DNA from: Candidatus Heimdallarchaeota archaeon
GTDB taxonomy: Archaea > Asgardarchaeota > Heimdallarchaeia > Heimdallarchaeales > Heimdallarchaeaceae
Direction of reading: 5' to 3'
Length of the DNA: 17,169 bases
Assembly: GCA_019057375.1 (NCBI GenBank)
Contig: DXJF01000142.1
Location: forward strand, 1 to 17,169
A program made the translations under genes and the position numbers. The notes beneath the pieces were generated by a model. That model was not told where the DNA came from. It worked only from the letters and a program-made list of their open reading frames with translations, and did no database searches. Below, in pieces: positions 16,146 to 17,169 of this stretch (positions within the stretch are counted from its first letter, which is position 1; every line of letters begins with the position of its first letter).

Positions 16146-16874
16146 TCACTCTCTTACTTTCTTATAGCCAATGGAATCTGGTTGTTCCTCTATTTTCTCT
16201 ATTTTTCCCATCTTAAGATGAAGGACTCTGTCTGCGTATTGAGTAATACTAATATCATGAGAAACCGCAATAAGAGTAGTTCCTTCTTGTTTGTTCAAAT
16301 CTCTGATTAGTTCAGCAATTTTTTGACCAGTAACAAAATCAAGATTACCAGTAGGTTCATCAGCTACGATGATTTTAGGTTTTTTTACTAAAGCTCTAGC
16401 AATAGCGACTCTTTGCTGCTCTCCTCCCGAAAGTTGACTTGGAAACCTGAGTTCTTTACCTTCTAAACCCACTTTTTTCAGTAGATCAAATGATCTAGAT
16501 TTAATCTCACTTTTGTCTTTAAGACCTTGAAATTCAAGAGCTAACCCAACATTCTCCCATGCACGTAAGCTAGCAACGATATTGAAGAATTGGAAGACCC
16601 AACCAACACTATCACGTCGATAATCATTCAATTCATCTTTGTTATATTCACTAATGTTGTCACCATCAACAATAACCTCACCCTTCGAAGGATAGTCAAT
16701 TCCACCTATCATATTCAATAAGGTTGTTTTTCCTGCACCTGAGGGACCTAGAATACATGCAAATTCTCCTCTGTAAATGTCAATATCAACACCATTTAAT
16801 GCAAAAACTTCTGTTTCACCGAATTCAAAAGAACGCACCAAATCTTTAGTTTGAACAATAATATCATCATTCAT
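16146..16874 (-). CDS. ABC transporter ATP-binding protein (LolD/MacB-type)
   Basis: Walker A GPSGAGKT, signature LSGGEQQR, Walker [14 protein letters not shown]-loop VSHD; 4 nt upstream of the permease. Confidence 0.95.
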   Translation of the reverse strand: MNDDIIVQTKDLVRSFEFGETEVFALNGVDIDIYRGEFACILGPSGAGKTTLLNMIGGIDYPSKGEVIVDGDNISEYNKDELNDYRRDSVGWVFQFFNIVASLRAWENVGLALEFQGLKDKSEIKSRSFDLLKKVGLEGKELRFPSQLSGGEQQRVAIARALVKKPKIIVADEPTGNLDFVTGQKIAELIRDLNKQEGTTLIAVSHDISITQYADRVLHLKMGKIEKIEEQPDSIGYKKVRE

Positions 16875-16972
16875 TGAATCACTATTTGAAAAACAGTATA
16901 ATATCTGATAAATAAATCCTACTCCTTTAATCTTTAATAATCAAAACTTTACTTTCCTATAAGGTGGAATAA

Positions 16973-17169
16973 ATGGAAGATATACTATTTTTGGATATTT
17001 GTAGGGAAAACTATCTCGCTTTGATACAGATGATTGAACAAGTGATAACTCTTTGTCCAGATAAGTTATGGGCTGAAAGCACTCATCAACCTCAATTTTG
17101 GCAGGAAGTTTATCACACGGTGTACTATCTAGATTTCTATTTTGGAAATAACTGGAGAAAAAAACCAGA
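16973..17169 (+). CDS. DinB-superfamily protein, 5' part (runs off the window edge)
   Basis: Manual translation MEDILFLDICRENYLALIQMIEQVITLCPDKLWAESTHQPQFWQEVYHTVYYLDFYFG… has the CPDxLW…FWxxxYH pattern; AAGGTGG RBS at 16961-16967. Not in the ORF track. Confidence 0.7.
   Translation, partial: MEDILFLDICRENYLALIQMIEQVITLCPDKLWAESTHQPQFWQEVYHTVYYLDFYFGNNWRKKP

Noticed and set aside
13298-16310. Plus-strand ORFs 13298-13492, 13509-13808, 14742-15029 and 16095-16310, including as a possible tnpA
   Set aside because: Antisense shadows; no HUH/Y1 or serine-recombinase motifs.
1-17169. CRISPR array, tRNA or rRNA genes; CTAG as a recurrent insertion target
   Set aside because: No regularly spaced repeats of 23 nt or more and no structural RNA signatures seen; CTAG is also frequent inside coding regions, so intergenic enrichment cannot be claimed without counting.

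Overview
AT-rich archaeal DNA. The TBP, the TATA-box/leaderless promoters, the GGTGA ribosome-binding sites and the surface proteins with TM-plus-basic tails suggest an Asgard archaeon, probably Heimdallarchaeia (inference, no database search run). The window looks like an accessory region. From left to right it holds: the 5' part of a divergent tbp (absent from the ORF track), a GNAT acetyltransferase, a membrane/zinc-ribbon gene split at an A7 run, a 7-repeat beta-propeller surface protein and a SAM methyltransferase. Next come two 91%-identical tautomerase genes flanking a DUF3160 gene and a membrane-tethered wHTH regulator, then an LVIVD protein, a second anchored surface protein and a phosphotriesterase-family enzyme. 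The right end has a FtsX/MacB-type ABC pair and the 5' part of a DinB-family gene. The main result is a solo tnpB element (about 12083-13501). Its RuvC has the rearranged, Fanzor-like catalytic layout. It sits exactly between two codons (…FNYD|PHFAP…) of a phytoene-desaturase-like oxidoreductase remnant, whose upstream half is missing from the ORF track. Both element ends can base-pair with the insertion-site flank. Several single genes are also bounded by short direct repeats.
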